Source of the DNA: an uncultured bacterium
GTDB lineage: Bacteria; Zixibacteria; MSB-5A5; UBA10806
Assembly: GCA_965541585.1 (NCBI GenBank)
Contig: CBEUCH010000001.1
Coordinates: 224,001-288,000, forward strand
Direction: 5' to 3'
DNA: 64,000 bases
Part shown: positions 29,107-38,367 of the stretch, one piece after another
Numbering within the stretch: the stretch's first letter is position 1
How the letters are laid out: each line of letters opens with the position of its first letter
The notes under the pieces: generated by a model
Told to the model about the DNA's origin: nothing
Seen by the model: the letters and a program-made list of their open reading frames with translations, nothing else
Databases searched by the model: none
Position numbers and translations under genes: made by a program

Positions 29107-30342
29107 ATGCGCAGTCTATTGCTGGCGATTGCCGTTCTTATTTCCTGTCCTGCCTTGGCGGCGGTGATTCATGTAGATGATTTCGGCGATGGAGTTCAAG
29201 GTTCCGGAAGCTCGATAAACCCTTACCGCGATCTTCAAAGAGCAATCGATTCCGCTGCCAGCGGCGATACAGTGATCATAGCCCCCGGACGATACATCTC
29301 AAAACCTTATGCATTCCCCGAAACCCTATGCGGCAATTGCCAGGAGCATAAAACGGATGTGGATGCCAGTCGAGGATTCCTTATCGAGGGGAAAGGGTTG
29401 ACCATAACCGGCGCCGGAGCGGATTCCACCATACTTGTGACCAATGCGGGATACGGGGTATTGTTTTTGCATAGCTATGACTCGGAAATCAGCAATCTAC
29501 AGATAACCGGCGGCGTGCGTGATCTCGACGGTGCCGCCACCGATGCCGCGGTGGTTGTTAAATGGGGACGTGTAACGGTTCGGAATTGTCTTATCGCCGA
29601 TAACACCAATCGCCCCGATTCGGTGGTAGTAGGTATTGGCGGTGTCATGGGCAGGGAGGGGGCGGAGCTTTTTATCCTGAATAACAGGATAGAAAACAAT
29701 ACCTGGGATGGGGTGGCTTTGTATCGCGGAGCCACCGCTTATATCGCAGATAATATAATAAACGGCGGCCGGGGAGCCGGGATCGGGATAACGTGGGACG
29801 CCACTGCCACAGTAATCCGGAATCGTATCTCGAATTATTGGAAAGGGATCGGCTCGTTCGGTGATACGAGGGTAATATGCGCGAACAACGCCGTCTTCGA
29901 CAATCTCGGCTGGGGTATTATCGTTACCGGGACGTCCTATATGGACGCCACCAACAACGTGGTTTATCATAACGGCAACTGCGGCATGGCGATCTGGTCT
30001 GACGAATGCAGCGGGCGATTTTCCAACAATATAGTTGTCGAAAACGGATGGAGGGAGGAGTGGGTATGCCCCTGCGTAGGTATCTGGAACTACGGCAGCC
30101 TGTTCAATTTTGATGTTTCATACAACGACGTCTGGGACAACGCAGCTGGAGAATACGGCGATATGCCCGACTATACTGAAAGAAATGGAAACTCAAGCGT
30201 TGATCCTGTGTTTATAGATACTGATGATTTTATTCTCTCGCCGGATTCGCCGTTGATAGATAAAGGAAACCCGCTTTTAACCGATCCGAATGGCTCGCCA
30301 TCGGATATGGGATTATACGGCGGGCCGAAGGCAAAGTGGTAA
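29107..30342 (+). CDS. Exported right-handed parallel beta-helix protein
   Basis: Signal peptide; GS..NPYRDLQRAID...GDTVIIAPGRY; N-I-x-N repeats; DPVF...SPLIDKG...DMGLYGG. Confidence 0.85.
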   Translation: MRSLLLAIAVLISCPALAAVIHVDDFGDGVQGSGSSINPYRDLQRAIDSAASGDTVIIAPGRYISKPYAFPETLCGNCQEHKTDVDASRGFLIEGKGLTITGAGADSTILVTNAGYGVLFLHSYDSEISNLQITGGVRDLDGAATDAAVVVKWGRVTVRNCLIADNTNRPDSVVVGIGGVMGREGAELFILNNRIENNTWDGVALYRGATAYIADNIINGGRGAGIGITWDATATVIRNRISNYWKGIGSFGDTRVICANNAVFDNLGWGIIVTGTSYMDATNNVVYHNGNCGMAIWSDECSGRFSNNIVVENGWREEWVCPCVGIWNYGSLFNFDVSYNDVWDNAAGEYGDMPDYTERNGNSSVDPVFIDTDDFILSPDSPLIDKGNPLLTDPNGSPSDMGLYGGPKAKW

Positions 30343-30396
30343 TCTTCCGGCGGGGAAACCAATGACCAGGATAAGTTCTATCTACCCGGAGGTATA

Positions 30397-31191
30397 ATGG
30401 AAACAAGTTGGCTTGAGAGAGTATTTCTATCGATTGCCGGCTCCAATCCGATCTGGCAGGGACTTGTCGGCGGACTCATAATTACCCTGTTCAATACGGT
30501 AGGCGCTCTTGCCGTGCTTGTCTGGCGAAAGCCGTCGGAGAAGTTTCTGGACGCCGCTTTAGGTTTCGCTGCCGGCATTATGTTAACCGCCAGCTTCACC
30601 AGCCTGATTCTACCGGGTATCGATTACGGTGGGGTCTGGCCGGTGATAATCGGCATGGCCCTGGGGGTCATTTTCCTGGATCTCGCGGATCATATCATTC
30701 CTCACCTGCACGCTGTCAAGGGGCATGAGGGGCCGACGTCGAAAAGGATCAGGGGGGTCTGGCTTTTCATAATCGCTATCACTCTTCACAACGCCCCCGA
30801 GGGATTGGCGGTGGGAGTCGGCTTCGGTTCCGGCGATATATCTAACGCGTTAAAGCTGATGCTCGCCATCGGCATTCAAAATATTCCGGAAGGATTGGCG
30901 GTGGCAATCGCGTCTTTGAGTATTGGAATGGGTACCTATTTTTACGCGAGCCTCGTAGGGATAAGGGCCGGATTGGTGGAGATACCGTTGGCTTTATTCG
31001 GCGCCTGGGCTGTCTCCATGGCCGCACCGATTTTACCCTACGCCATGGGATTCGCGGCCGGCGCCATGCTGTATGTCATCAGCGACGAGATTGTGCCCGA
31101 AACGCACCGCAAGGGGCATGAACGGCTGGCCACCATCGGTACAATGATCGGCGTGGTGGTGATGCTTTATCTGGATGTGACGCTGGGGTAG
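30397..31191 (+). CDS. ZIP family (GufA/ZupT-like) metal transporter
   Basis: GFAAGIML, ITLHNAPEGLAVGV, IQNIPEG, FAAGAMLYVISDEIVPE. Confidence 0.92.
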   Translation: METSWLERVFLSIAGSNPIWQGLVGGLIITLFNTVGALAVLVWRKPSEKFLDAALGFAAGIMLTASFTSLILPGIDYGGVWPVIIGMALGVIFLDLADHIIPHLHAVKGHEGPTSKRIRGVWLFIIAITLHNAPEGLAVGVGFGSGDISNALKLMLAIGIQNIPEGLAVAIASLSIGMGTYFYASLVGIRAGLVEIPLALFGAWAVSMAAPILPYAMGFAAGAMLYVISDEIVPETHRKGHERLATIGTMIGVVVMLYLDVTLG

Positions 31192-31203
31192 GATAATCTT
31201 GGA

Positions 31204-31261
31204 GTAGGTCAAAACCCCTGTGGTTTTGAAGGAATAACAATTGGTCATGGCAAGCCATGAC
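31204..31261. repeat. REP-like hairpin pair
   Basis: GTAGG-TCAAAACC-cctgt-GGTTTTGA and GTCATG-gcaagc-CATGAC. Confidence 0.55.
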
Positions 31262-31353
31262 TCGCGGAATAAAATGCTTGAAATTGAATATCGTCAAATG
31301 ATACTATTGCTTGAATGCAGATCTTAGAACTTGACGGCGATGATTGATTTATC

Positions 31354-31953
31354 TTGATGGAGATAATCTTGTTCTTTAAGAAATCTGAAAAAAACATAGG
31401 GGCTTTTTCCAAAGAGCTTTTTCGATCTGCCGAACACGCGACAAAACTTTATTTTACTCCTATTATCGACCATATTCCGAAAAAATCTGAAGAAATCAAA
31501 GTAGACCGTTCGGTGTTTGTTGGTGTTCTATTTGAATTCATTTGCTTTCTGGTATATACTGCCAACGTCGCTCTATTGGGCAGACTAGAAAAAGAACGAT
31601 CCGACCAAATTATAAAGGAAATCTTGGGCAATTGTATAAGCTTTATAGATAAAGAGATTATTTCCGACTGGCCCCCAAATAAAAGAAAAGAGTTCCCCAA
31701 AATTTTGTTGCTCAATTATGGGAAGAGAGCATCTGAATATACAGAATCTGATAGAAAATATTTTGAAGAGAAAGATAACAGCGTTACTGCTAATTACATA
31801 TATCTTTTCGCGAAAGAGGTAGCGAGAATATCTGGTCGTGGCGATAATCTCAAAGCTATCTTAGAGGCGAGTGCGTTAGCTAATAGCATATCGCAATCAG
31901 AATATCCTTTCAAGAAGTTCCGCATTCCGTCTTTTGTAAAATCTATCAAATAA
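31354..31953 (+). CDS. Hypothetical protein; AT-rich
   Basis: 199-aa ORF; no recognisable motif. Confidence 0.6.
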   Translation: MMEIILFFKKSEKNIGAFSKELFRSAEHATKLYFTPIIDHIPKKSEEIKVDRSVFVGVLFEFICFLVYTANVALLGRLEKERSDQIIKEILGNCISFIDKEIISDWPPNKRKEFPKILLLNYGKRASEYTESDRKYFEEKDNSVTANYIYLFAKEVARISGRGDNLKAILEASALANSISQSEYPFKKFRIPSFVKSIK

Positions 31954-32160
31954 TTAATTTCCTTATCGCAAAGCTGCATAGCTATACGTCCTGCGCCAAA
32001 TTTATCCCTTTGGGTGCTGTCGGGCGATCCGGAGGTAGCATTAAACTATTGACTTCAGCCGTATTTCCTAATATCATATTACATCGACTCATCATTTTGT
32101 CCGCAGAGCGTCGGTCAGGTAGCTTGACGGACCATTACTTGAAAACGGGGAGGATAGAGA

Positions 32161-32943
32161 ATGATGAATTGCAAAATAGCCGGGATATTTCTTATGATCA
32201 CTTTATTCACGAGTTGCGCTACTACCATTCCGGAGACAAAGTACATGCCTAAGGAGAGTGATGACGTATTTCCTTTTTTTACAGAAGGCCAGCCCATTGC
32301 GGCGGTGCAGTCTACCAACGCTTTTATGTTAATGTCGATAGAACCAACTATTCTTGCTGATCGACGTTACGTTCGTCTTTGGATTCTCTATCAAAATACA
32401 TCTGAAGAGCCATATCTATTGGAACCAAAGAGTTTTGTTTCCCTAACTATAACCTCAATATCCAAAGGAAAAACAGGCACGAGTACTCCTGAATCACCTA
32501 CGAAAATTCTGGCTGATATCTCGAACGAAAAGGCCCTATCTATGATAATGCAAGCTATTGGCGGGACACTACAGACGATGGCGGCTAGACCGACAACCGC
32601 GGAAACAAGATTTAATGACGGATCTTCAGCTACTACAACAATCAATGACCAACAAGAAAAGCGAGATATGGTAGCCGACCGAACAGCCGATGCCATGGCA
32701 AACACAGCAATGTGGTATGAAATTTATCAAAATAGCATCAGCGACGGGATCCTCAGGAGAAATACCGTCTTCCCCGGGCGGAGCGTCAATGGATTCATTT
32801 ATTTTCCATTTCCCGCTCGTAGGAAATGGAATGATGCGGATAATGAAAATTACCTTTCTAGCGCGAATGAATTTCTCAAAGTTGATCTTAACTTACCTGG
32901 AGAAAGCCGAACTATTTACTTTACGCCCATTGAAGGCGAATAA
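32161..32943 (+). CDS. Hypothetical lipoprotein
   Basis: Lipobox FTSC; GGAGG RBS; TTGACT-N17-TATCAT promoter at 32049-32077. Confidence 0.7.
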   Translation: MMNCKIAGIFLMITLFTSCATTIPETKYMPKESDDVFPFFTEGQPIAAVQSTNAFMLMSIEPTILADRRYVRLWILYQNTSEEPYLLEPKSFVSLTITSISKGKTGTSTPESPTKILADISNEKALSMIMQAIGGTLQTMAARPTTAETRFNDGSSATTTINDQQEKRDMVADRTADAMANTAMWYEIYQNSISDGILRRNTVFPGRSVNGFIYFPFPARRKWNDADNENYLSSANEFLKVDLNLPGESRTIYFTPIEGE

Positions 32944-33003
32944 TATGATCATCTTGGATTCTGTACCGACAAATGACATGGTTTCTGAAATATAAATAAA
33001 AAA

Positions 33004-33028
33004 GGACAGAACAATGTTCTGTCCCTAC
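33004..33028. repeat. GTAG-family REP palindrome
   Basis: GGACAGAACA-a-TGTTCTGTCC-CTAC (GTAG foot on the minus strand). Confidence 0.65.
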
Positions 33029-33093
33029 AGATAAATTGACCACTATATCGAAAGTGCGGGGTATGGCCGAACCCGAAAACACCCTGTCTATTT

Positions 33094-33753
33094 TCAGTTC
33101 ACACCCTTTCCAAGCAGAAGGCTCAGGCCGACGCTGAATTCCGGGCCGCTGTAATTTCTGCTTCCGCCGATAGGTTCATCGAAATCGCTCATCAGGTTGT
33201 ATCCGAGCCCGACACCCAGCATGAAATATCGACCCAGGATAAAGTCGACGCCGGCGCCCACCTGTCCGCCGAATACGGTTAGTGACCTCGATTCAACAAT
33301 GACTCCGTAAATGCCCTCCTCCGTTCTTTCCTGCTGGCCGATAAATGGTCCGACAGCCACTTTCACCATTGGTCTCACCGACGAATTTAATGTCGATCCG
33401 GGGAAATAGTATTTCACACCGAGCAGTATCGGTGCAACGAAGGCTGTTTGCGTGGATACCCCGGCGATGCCTGTTTTTGTCTCAAAATCCGCCAGTATTC
33501 CCCCGATGGTTATATTCAGAGCCAGGTTTTCCTGCAGCCAGTGATCATAAAACAGGCCGCCGAAGAAACCACTGGCTTCTGTAGACGTGGTTACCCTGCC
33601 GATACCTACTTCGGTTCTGTTGCTTGTTACCTGGTTCCACATGCCTAGCCTCAATCCAAGTCCATGTCGCTTCTCCAGGGGACCCGCACTGGAAACTAAT
33701 GCCAGCGTGAGAATAATACAGGTTGTAATCAAGATTAATCTTGGAAAATTCAT
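33094..33753 (-). CDS. Outer-membrane beta-barrel protein (OmpW/OmpA-like)
   Basis: Signal peptide; APILLGVKYY, FGGQVGAGVDF, FSVGLSLLLG strands. Confidence 0.75.
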   Translation of the reverse strand: MNFPRLILITTCIILTLALVSSAGPLEKRHGLGLRLGMWNQVTSNRTEVGIGRVTTSTEASGFFGGLFYDHWLQENLALNITIGGILADFETKTGIAGVSTQTAFVAPILLGVKYYFPGSTLNSSVRPMVKVAVGPFIGQQERTEEGIYGVIVESRSLTVFGGQVGAGVDFILGRYFMLGVGLGYNLMSDFDEPIGGSRNYSGPEFSVGLSLLLGKGVN

Positions 33754-33848
33754 TTTAACGCTCCATTGTTGAATTGGTTGACTATAATACCTATCTTAGC
33801 TACTGCAATTGCGGCTCTAAAGTTGCGCTATATTCCGACTTTTATTCT

Positions 33849-34004
33849 GCAGGGGCTGGTCTAAGACCAGCCCGAAAGAAGCGGGTCGATCTGAGATCGA
33901 CCCCTACAAAACGATATCTATTTTCTGGAAATAGAAAAAGGGCGAACAGCAGTTCGCCCCTACAACAAGATTTCTTGGTTCCCAAGCGCCGCTTGGGAAC
34001 CAGA
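33849..34004. repeat. Cluster of REP palindromes: inverted REP doublet, single REP and TTGGTTCCCAAGCG hairpin
   Basis: GCAGGGGCTGGTCTAAGACCAGCCCG and CGGGTCGATCTGAGATCGACCCCTAC (33849-33907); GGGCGAACAGCAGTTCGCCCCTAC (33940-33963); TGGTTCCCAAGCGCCGCTTGGGAACCA (33976-34002). Confidence 0.75.
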
Positions 34005-34012
34005 GATTGTGC

Positions 34013-35215
34013 TTACCCTATCACGCTGTGCTTCTTGCCGATCTTGATGAAGGCTTCAATGGCCTTATCGATATGGCTCATCTCGTGGGCGGCGGAAAGC
34101 TGAACACGGATGCGAGCCTGGCCTTTCGGCACCACCGGGTAGGAGAATCCGATCACATAGATCCCCTCGGTCAGCATGTCTTTTGCGAAATCCTGCGCCA
34201 GCTTAGCGTCGTTTTCAAACTTGCCGAACATGATGGGCACGATGGGATGATCACCGGGCACGATATCGAAACCGGCGGCAGTCATTTTCTCACGGAAGTA
34301 ACGCTGGTTGTTTTCGAGTTTATCGCGAAGATCGGTTGTTGCCATGAGGATATTGAATATCTCCAGGGTTGCGCCCGCTACCGCCGGAGCCAGCGTATTG
34401 CTGAAAAGATATGGACGTGATTTCTGACGAAGCCATTCGATCATTTCTTTGGGTCCCGCGGTGCAGCCGCCGCCGGCACCGCCGAGGGCCTTGCCGAAGG
34501 TGGTGGTTATGATATCGACTCGATCCATGACGCCGTTGTACTCATGCGTGCCGCGGCCGGTCTTGCCCATGAAACCGGTGGAGTGCGAATCATCGACCAG
34601 GACCAAAGCATCATACTTATCGGCCAGGTCGCAGATGCCTTTCAGATTGGCGATGTTACCGTCCATGGAGAAGACGCCATCGGTGCAGACGATACGGTAT
34701 TTACAGCCTTTGGCTTTTTTGAGGCATTCTTCGAGGTCGTTCATATCATTGTTGGCGTAGCGGAACCGCTGGGCTTTACAGAGCCGAACACCGTCGATGA
34801 TGGAGGCGTGGTTTAAAGCGTCGGAAATGATAGCCGATTCGCTTGTGAAAAACGGCTCGAAGACCCCGCCGTTGGCGTCGAAACAGGCGGCGTAGAGGAT
34901 AGCATCCTCCGTGCCCAGAAACTCCGAGACCTTGGCCTCTAGCTGCTTATGCAGATCCTGGGTGCCGCAGATGAAGCGCACTGATGACAGGCCGTAGCCC
35001 CATTTATCGAGCGTCTTATGGGCCGCCTCGATCAGTTTCGGATGGGATGACAGCCCCAGGTAGTTATTGGCGCAGAAATTGAGCACCGTCTCGCCGGTCT
35101 TGACTTTGATCTCGGCGCCCTGGGGAGTCATGATAACTCGTTCTTCCTTGTAGAGGCCGGCTTCGCGTGTCGCCTGCAATTCTCTGGCCAGATCTTCTTT
35201 GATTTTACCGTACAT
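34013..35215 (-). CDS. kbl: Glycine C-acetyltransferase (2-amino-3-ketobutyrate CoA ligase)
   Basis: [47 protein letters not shown] (PLP lysine), [11 protein letters not shown]. Confidence 0.96.
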   Translation of the reverse strand: MYGKIKEDLARELQATREAGLYKEERVIMTPQGAEIKVKTGETVLNFCANNYLGLSSHPKLIEAAHKTLDKWGYGLSSVRFICGTQDLHKQLEAKVSEFLGTEDAILYAACFDANGGVFEPFFTSESAIISDALNHASIIDGVRLCKAQRFRYANNDMNDLEECLKKAKGCKYRIVCTDGVFSMDGNIANLKGICDLADKYDALVLVDDSHSTGFMGKTGRGTHEYNGVMDRVDIITTTFGKALGGAGGGCTAGPKEMIEWLRQKSRPYLFSNTLAPAVAGATLEIFNILMATTDLRDKLENNQRYFREKMTAAGFDIVPGDHPIVPIMFGKFENDAKLAQDFAKDMLTEGIYVIGFSYPVVPKGQARIRVQLSAAHEMSHIDKAIEAFIKIGKKHSVIG

Positions 35216-35269
35216 TATCGCTCTCCTGTTATCAAACGTTCACCACACAGATTCGTTTTCAGGGTTTCC

Positions 35270-35298
35270 AATCTAATCAAAGGGCTGTTTTTTGGCAA
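35270..35298 (-). promoter_or_regulatory. Sigma70-type promoter of kbl
   Basis: Minus strand TTGCCA-N17-TAGATT. Confidence 0.6.
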
Positions 35299-35318
35299 CG
35301 GGTTTTTGGGAGAACAAT

Positions 35319-35558
35319 TTGGTTACCCAGCGGCGCTTGGTAACCAGAAGGATGGATGCCGCATCGAGTGCGGCATGACAGAGAGAGAGCTTTCGTCATT
35401 CCCGTGTAAACGGGAATCCAGAGGGGGGAGGGTGTGTTCTGGTCCTACGGATCCGTAGGAATTCCCAATCAAGTCCTACGGATCTGTAGGATTGGGAATG
35501 ACAATGGGATGTCAATGCGTATGCTATCAGGAGAGGATTCCTGACGGCGCGGAATTTT
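35319..35558. repeat. Composite palindromic repeat, copy A (GTCATTCCC...GGGAAT family), carrying two nested 18-mers
   Basis: Successive hairpins; segments homologous to 36608-36743, 37960-37987 and 41701-41851. Confidence 0.85.
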
Positions 35559-36443
35559 CTATTGAGTTGTATCTGAGACTATGTTTGAAACGTTTGAAAA
35601 GTAGCCTTCATTTGAAATCGTCGTCATACCAAACCAATAGGTCGTAGAATCCTGGAGGTTTTCCACGGTCATCGTGTCACGCGATCCGGGAGCCGAAGGA
35701 GTGGGTTCGCCGACTGCAGTGTCAGCAACGGTCCAATCGCTCCAGTCGCCTGATTGCCATTCATGGTCGAGATACCGAAGATCGTATTCCACAGGGTATA
35801 AATTCTGGTTGCCGGGGACCGTCCAGGCCAGAGTTACCGAGCTACTATCTGTTTCGACAACTTCGAGATCATCCACAGGAGGCGTAGGATAAATGGGTGG
35901 AGTCTTATTATGTACGAGAATGCCATTGGCTATAAAATTATTAAACGGTGAACCGACAGTTATATCGAAAACCCTGATCTCTTCTGAATCGATTTTTGAA
36001 ATCGTTGCAATAGCTGTTTTTAATTTATTTTGCTCAACAATATAGACTTTCGATAAACCATCGAACTGCCACGATGATGCTTTTTTATATGTCATTGTCT
36101 CTGGGGAATATACAGGATGGTCAGCAGAAACTTTGAGCGTATGACCTGAATCGGATCGGAACTGGATACATTTTCCGAAGCCCTGTTTTATACCGGTGAT
36201 CCTTGCCGGTGACAGGACGTTTTGACCAAAATCGTAGGACATGACATAATCACCGACCTTCAGCGATTTTACAGGCACGTAGCCTTCCGGAGTCAGAATG
36301 GTAGTGTCACCGGAAACACATGCAATTGTAGGCCCGATATCGCAGCTTATAAGCAAAATTGCAAAAGACAGCGTGAGACAATTTACGAAAAGATGATACC
36401 TCCTTGCGATCTGTTTGCCGGGATTGTTTAACTTTATCATCAT
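35559..36443 (-). CDS. Lipoprotein with Hint (bacterial intein-like) domain and C-terminal fibronectin type III domain
   Basis: Lipobox LIS-C34; Hint from C42 (CVSGDT.I.TPEG...LKVGD) through SADHPV to VFDITV...NFIANGILVHN179, followed by K180; FN3 SVTLAWTVPG...YDLRY...L...TTYWF. Confidence 0.85.
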   Translation of the reverse strand: MMIKLNNPGKQIARRYHLFVNCLTLSFAILLISCDIGPTIACVSGDTTILTPEGYVPVKSLKVGDYVMSYDFGQNVLSPARITGIKQGFGKCIQFRSDSGHTLKVSADHPVYSPETMTYKKASSWQFDGLSKVYIVEQNKLKTAIATISKIDSEEIRVFDITVGSPFNNFIANGILVHNKTPPIYPTPPVDDLEVVETDSSSVTLAWTVPGNQNLYPVEYDLRYLDHEWQSGDWSDWTVADTAVGEPTPSAPGSRDTMTVENLQDSTTYWFGMTTISNEGYFSNVSNIVSDTTQ

Positions 36444-36607
36444 TCCCTCCCGGATGGCCGGACGTTTCGTATAGGAATATTATCTTATCTCCATTTGTAG
36501 ATTGTCAAAAGATAAGACTCCATTTCCCGATACCGTTTTGATTTATCACCCTGTCTAATATACAGTGCAGATGTGAATTTATTCCATGATTATCAGTTTT
36601 TTTTGAG

Positions 36608-36743
36608 GTCATTCCTGCGGAAGCGGGAAGTTAGGGAACCATAGGCTGGTCACCATTCTGGATTCCCAATCAAGTTGGGAATGACAATGGCTTATCTATT
36701 CGCATGCTATCAGGAAGAGATTCCTGACAGCTCGCGAAGGTTC
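36608..36743. repeat. Composite palindromic repeat, copy B (no nested inserts)
   Basis: GTCATTCCTGCGGAAGCGGGAA...CTGGATTCCCAATCAAGTTGGGAATGACAATGG...ATGCTATCAGGAAGAGATTCCTGAC. Confidence 0.85.
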
Positions 36744-37820
36744 TTATCCCTTCGTATTAATATAGAAGTTGTTCTGGAAATCGTGAGATAGTCTTTTGAC
36801 CTCTACCTTGCTGAAGCCGGCATCATTGAGCATCTCGCGAGCTTTTTCCTCCCCCCACATTGCGCCCAGTCCTGCTCCGCCTTGGGCCAGCGAAACAGAC
36901 ATGCAATGCATGCAGGATATCGTGTAAAGAAACGGGCCTATAGGATGATCGACGTTTTTATGGACATGACTGGAACCAGCTATATCCTGCATCAAAAAAG
37001 TACCGTTGGGCCGAAGAACACCTGCAATTCCCGATAGAACCTTCCCGGGACGCGCTTGATCGTGGATGGCATCAAAAGCTGTTATCAAATCGAAATTCTG
37101 GCCGTCAAGGTCGAAGGATGTCAAATCCTTCGACTCGAACCTGACGTTCGTAAGAGATTCTTTCGACGCGTCCGACCGCCCCATGGCAATTGCCTCCTCC
37201 GAGAGATCATACCCCATAAAACGACTATCGGGATATGTTTTCGCAAGCAGATTTAACGCCCGGCCGGCTCCGCATCCGACGTCCAGCACGTCGATACCGC
37301 GCTTAAGATTGCCGATAAGCCCGGGGACCAGGGGGAGGATATGCTCGATCAGAGCGGCAACCACGGTCTGACCGCTATCCTCGGCCATCACCTCGTGGAA
37401 TCGGCCGTATTCGGAGTAGGGGACACCGCCGCCATTTTCGAAGCAGTCGATGATTCTATCCTCGACCGTACCCAATAACGGGATATATTGAGCGAAAACG
37501 GCAATATTATCCGGGGCGGATTCGCGAGTAAGGAATGCTGCATGCTCTGCCGGCAGCGAGTATTTCGAGGATTCGGCATCGTAATCGACAATCCCCCCGG
37601 TAACCATAGCGCCCAGCCATTCCCTGACATATCGTTCATTCAGTTTGCCATGTTGAGCTATCTGTTGACTTGTGCTCGGCGGCAGTATGCTCATCGTATC
37701 ATAGAGGCCGGTACGATGGCCGATAGATACCATCAGGGAAAGAGCCCCCTTGTTCAGCATATCGATCAAGCCCTCGGCGAATGCCTCGGCTTTGGCGGTA
37801 TCAATCTGTGAACCTGACAT
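36744..37820 (-). CDS. Class I SAM-dependent methyltransferase with N-terminal winged helix (Rv2258c-like)
   Basis: SIGHRTGLYD, LNERYVREWL, LDVGCGAG, FDAIHD, YTISCMHCM...GLGAMWG; ATG 37820 after GGAGG. Confidence 0.88.
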   Translation of the reverse strand: MSGSQIDTAKAEAFAEGLIDMLNKGALSLMVSIGHRTGLYDTMSILPPSTSQQIAQHGKLNERYVREWLGAMVTGGIVDYDAESSKYSLPAEHAAFLTRESAPDNIAVFAQYIPLLGTVEDRIIDCFENGGGVPYSEYGRFHEVMAEDSGQTVVAALIEHILPLVPGLIGNLKRGIDVLDVGCGAGRALNLLAKTYPDSRFMGYDLSEEAIAMGRSDASKESLTNVRFESKDLTSFDLDGQNFDLITAFDAIHDQARPGKVLSGIAGVLRPNGTFLMQDIAGSSHVHKNVDHPIGPFLYTISCMHCMSVSLAQGGAGLGAMWGEEKAREMLNDAGFSKVEVKRLSHDFQNNFYINTKG

Positions 37821-37959
37821 ATTATTTTCCTCCTCTGCATGAAAGGCAGTGCCTGTCATACCGATTTTGCAATCAACGATTAAATGGATCGCTATTATCC
37901 ACAAACGAAAATATGTTTTCGGGCTTATTCTGTCAATCGGTTTTGTTGAGCGGAAAGTC

Positions 37960-38118
37960 CTGGATTCCCAATCAAGTTGGGAATGACAGAGGGGGGCGTA
38001 AGTGTCATTGCGAGGAGGCCGAAGGTCATACGACTCGTATGAGCCGACGAAGCAATCTCTACTTGAATCATGGTTTGAGATCGCTTCGCCCCGATCTTCG
38101 ATCGGGACTCGCGATGAC
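37960..38118. repeat. Composite palindromic repeat, copy C, plus a GTCATTGCGAG...GCAATCTC / GAGATCGCTTCG...CGCGATGAC element
   Basis: Exact CTGGATTCCCAATCAAGTTGGGAATGAC followed by a second inverted-repeat family with internal hairpins. Confidence 0.8.
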
Positions 38119-38149
38119 GGGAGAGTTCACGTGTCATAATTTATTATGA

Positions 38150-38296
38150 CCGTTTCCAGCGTGCGGTCAGGAACCGGTGATAGGTCCGGTGGAGCACGAT
38201 CAATACCGCTGGTGCGATTTCAAGACGGCGATGGAGATGCTTTATTGGGAAGGAAATAAGGAGGCGCTAAGGCGGTGCGATGAGCGGGCGCAGTAA
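38150..38296 (+). pseudogene. Probable 3' remnant of a NUDIX hydrolase gene
   Basis: Frame reads EPVIGPVEHDQYRWCDFKTAMEMLYWEGNKEALRRCDERAQ*, like NUDIX C-termini; in-frame TGA just upstream at 38147 and no Nudix box. Confidence 0.55.
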
Positions 38297-38367
38297 TTAC
38301 CGAGCATCATAATCGCGGGCGCAACGTGCGATGGCCGGGTTGATTGGCATTAGCTTGCGGTTAATGA

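Noticed and set aside
35907..36320. Canonical intein in a housekeeping gene
   Set aside because: The +1 residue is Lys, there is no homing endonuclease, and the host is a small exported protein; this fits a bacterial intein-like domain
37781..38149. ORFs of 60-122 aa over repeat regions (also 33774-34103 and 41660-41947)
   Set aside because: They are translations of palindromic repeats with no RBS or protein-like features
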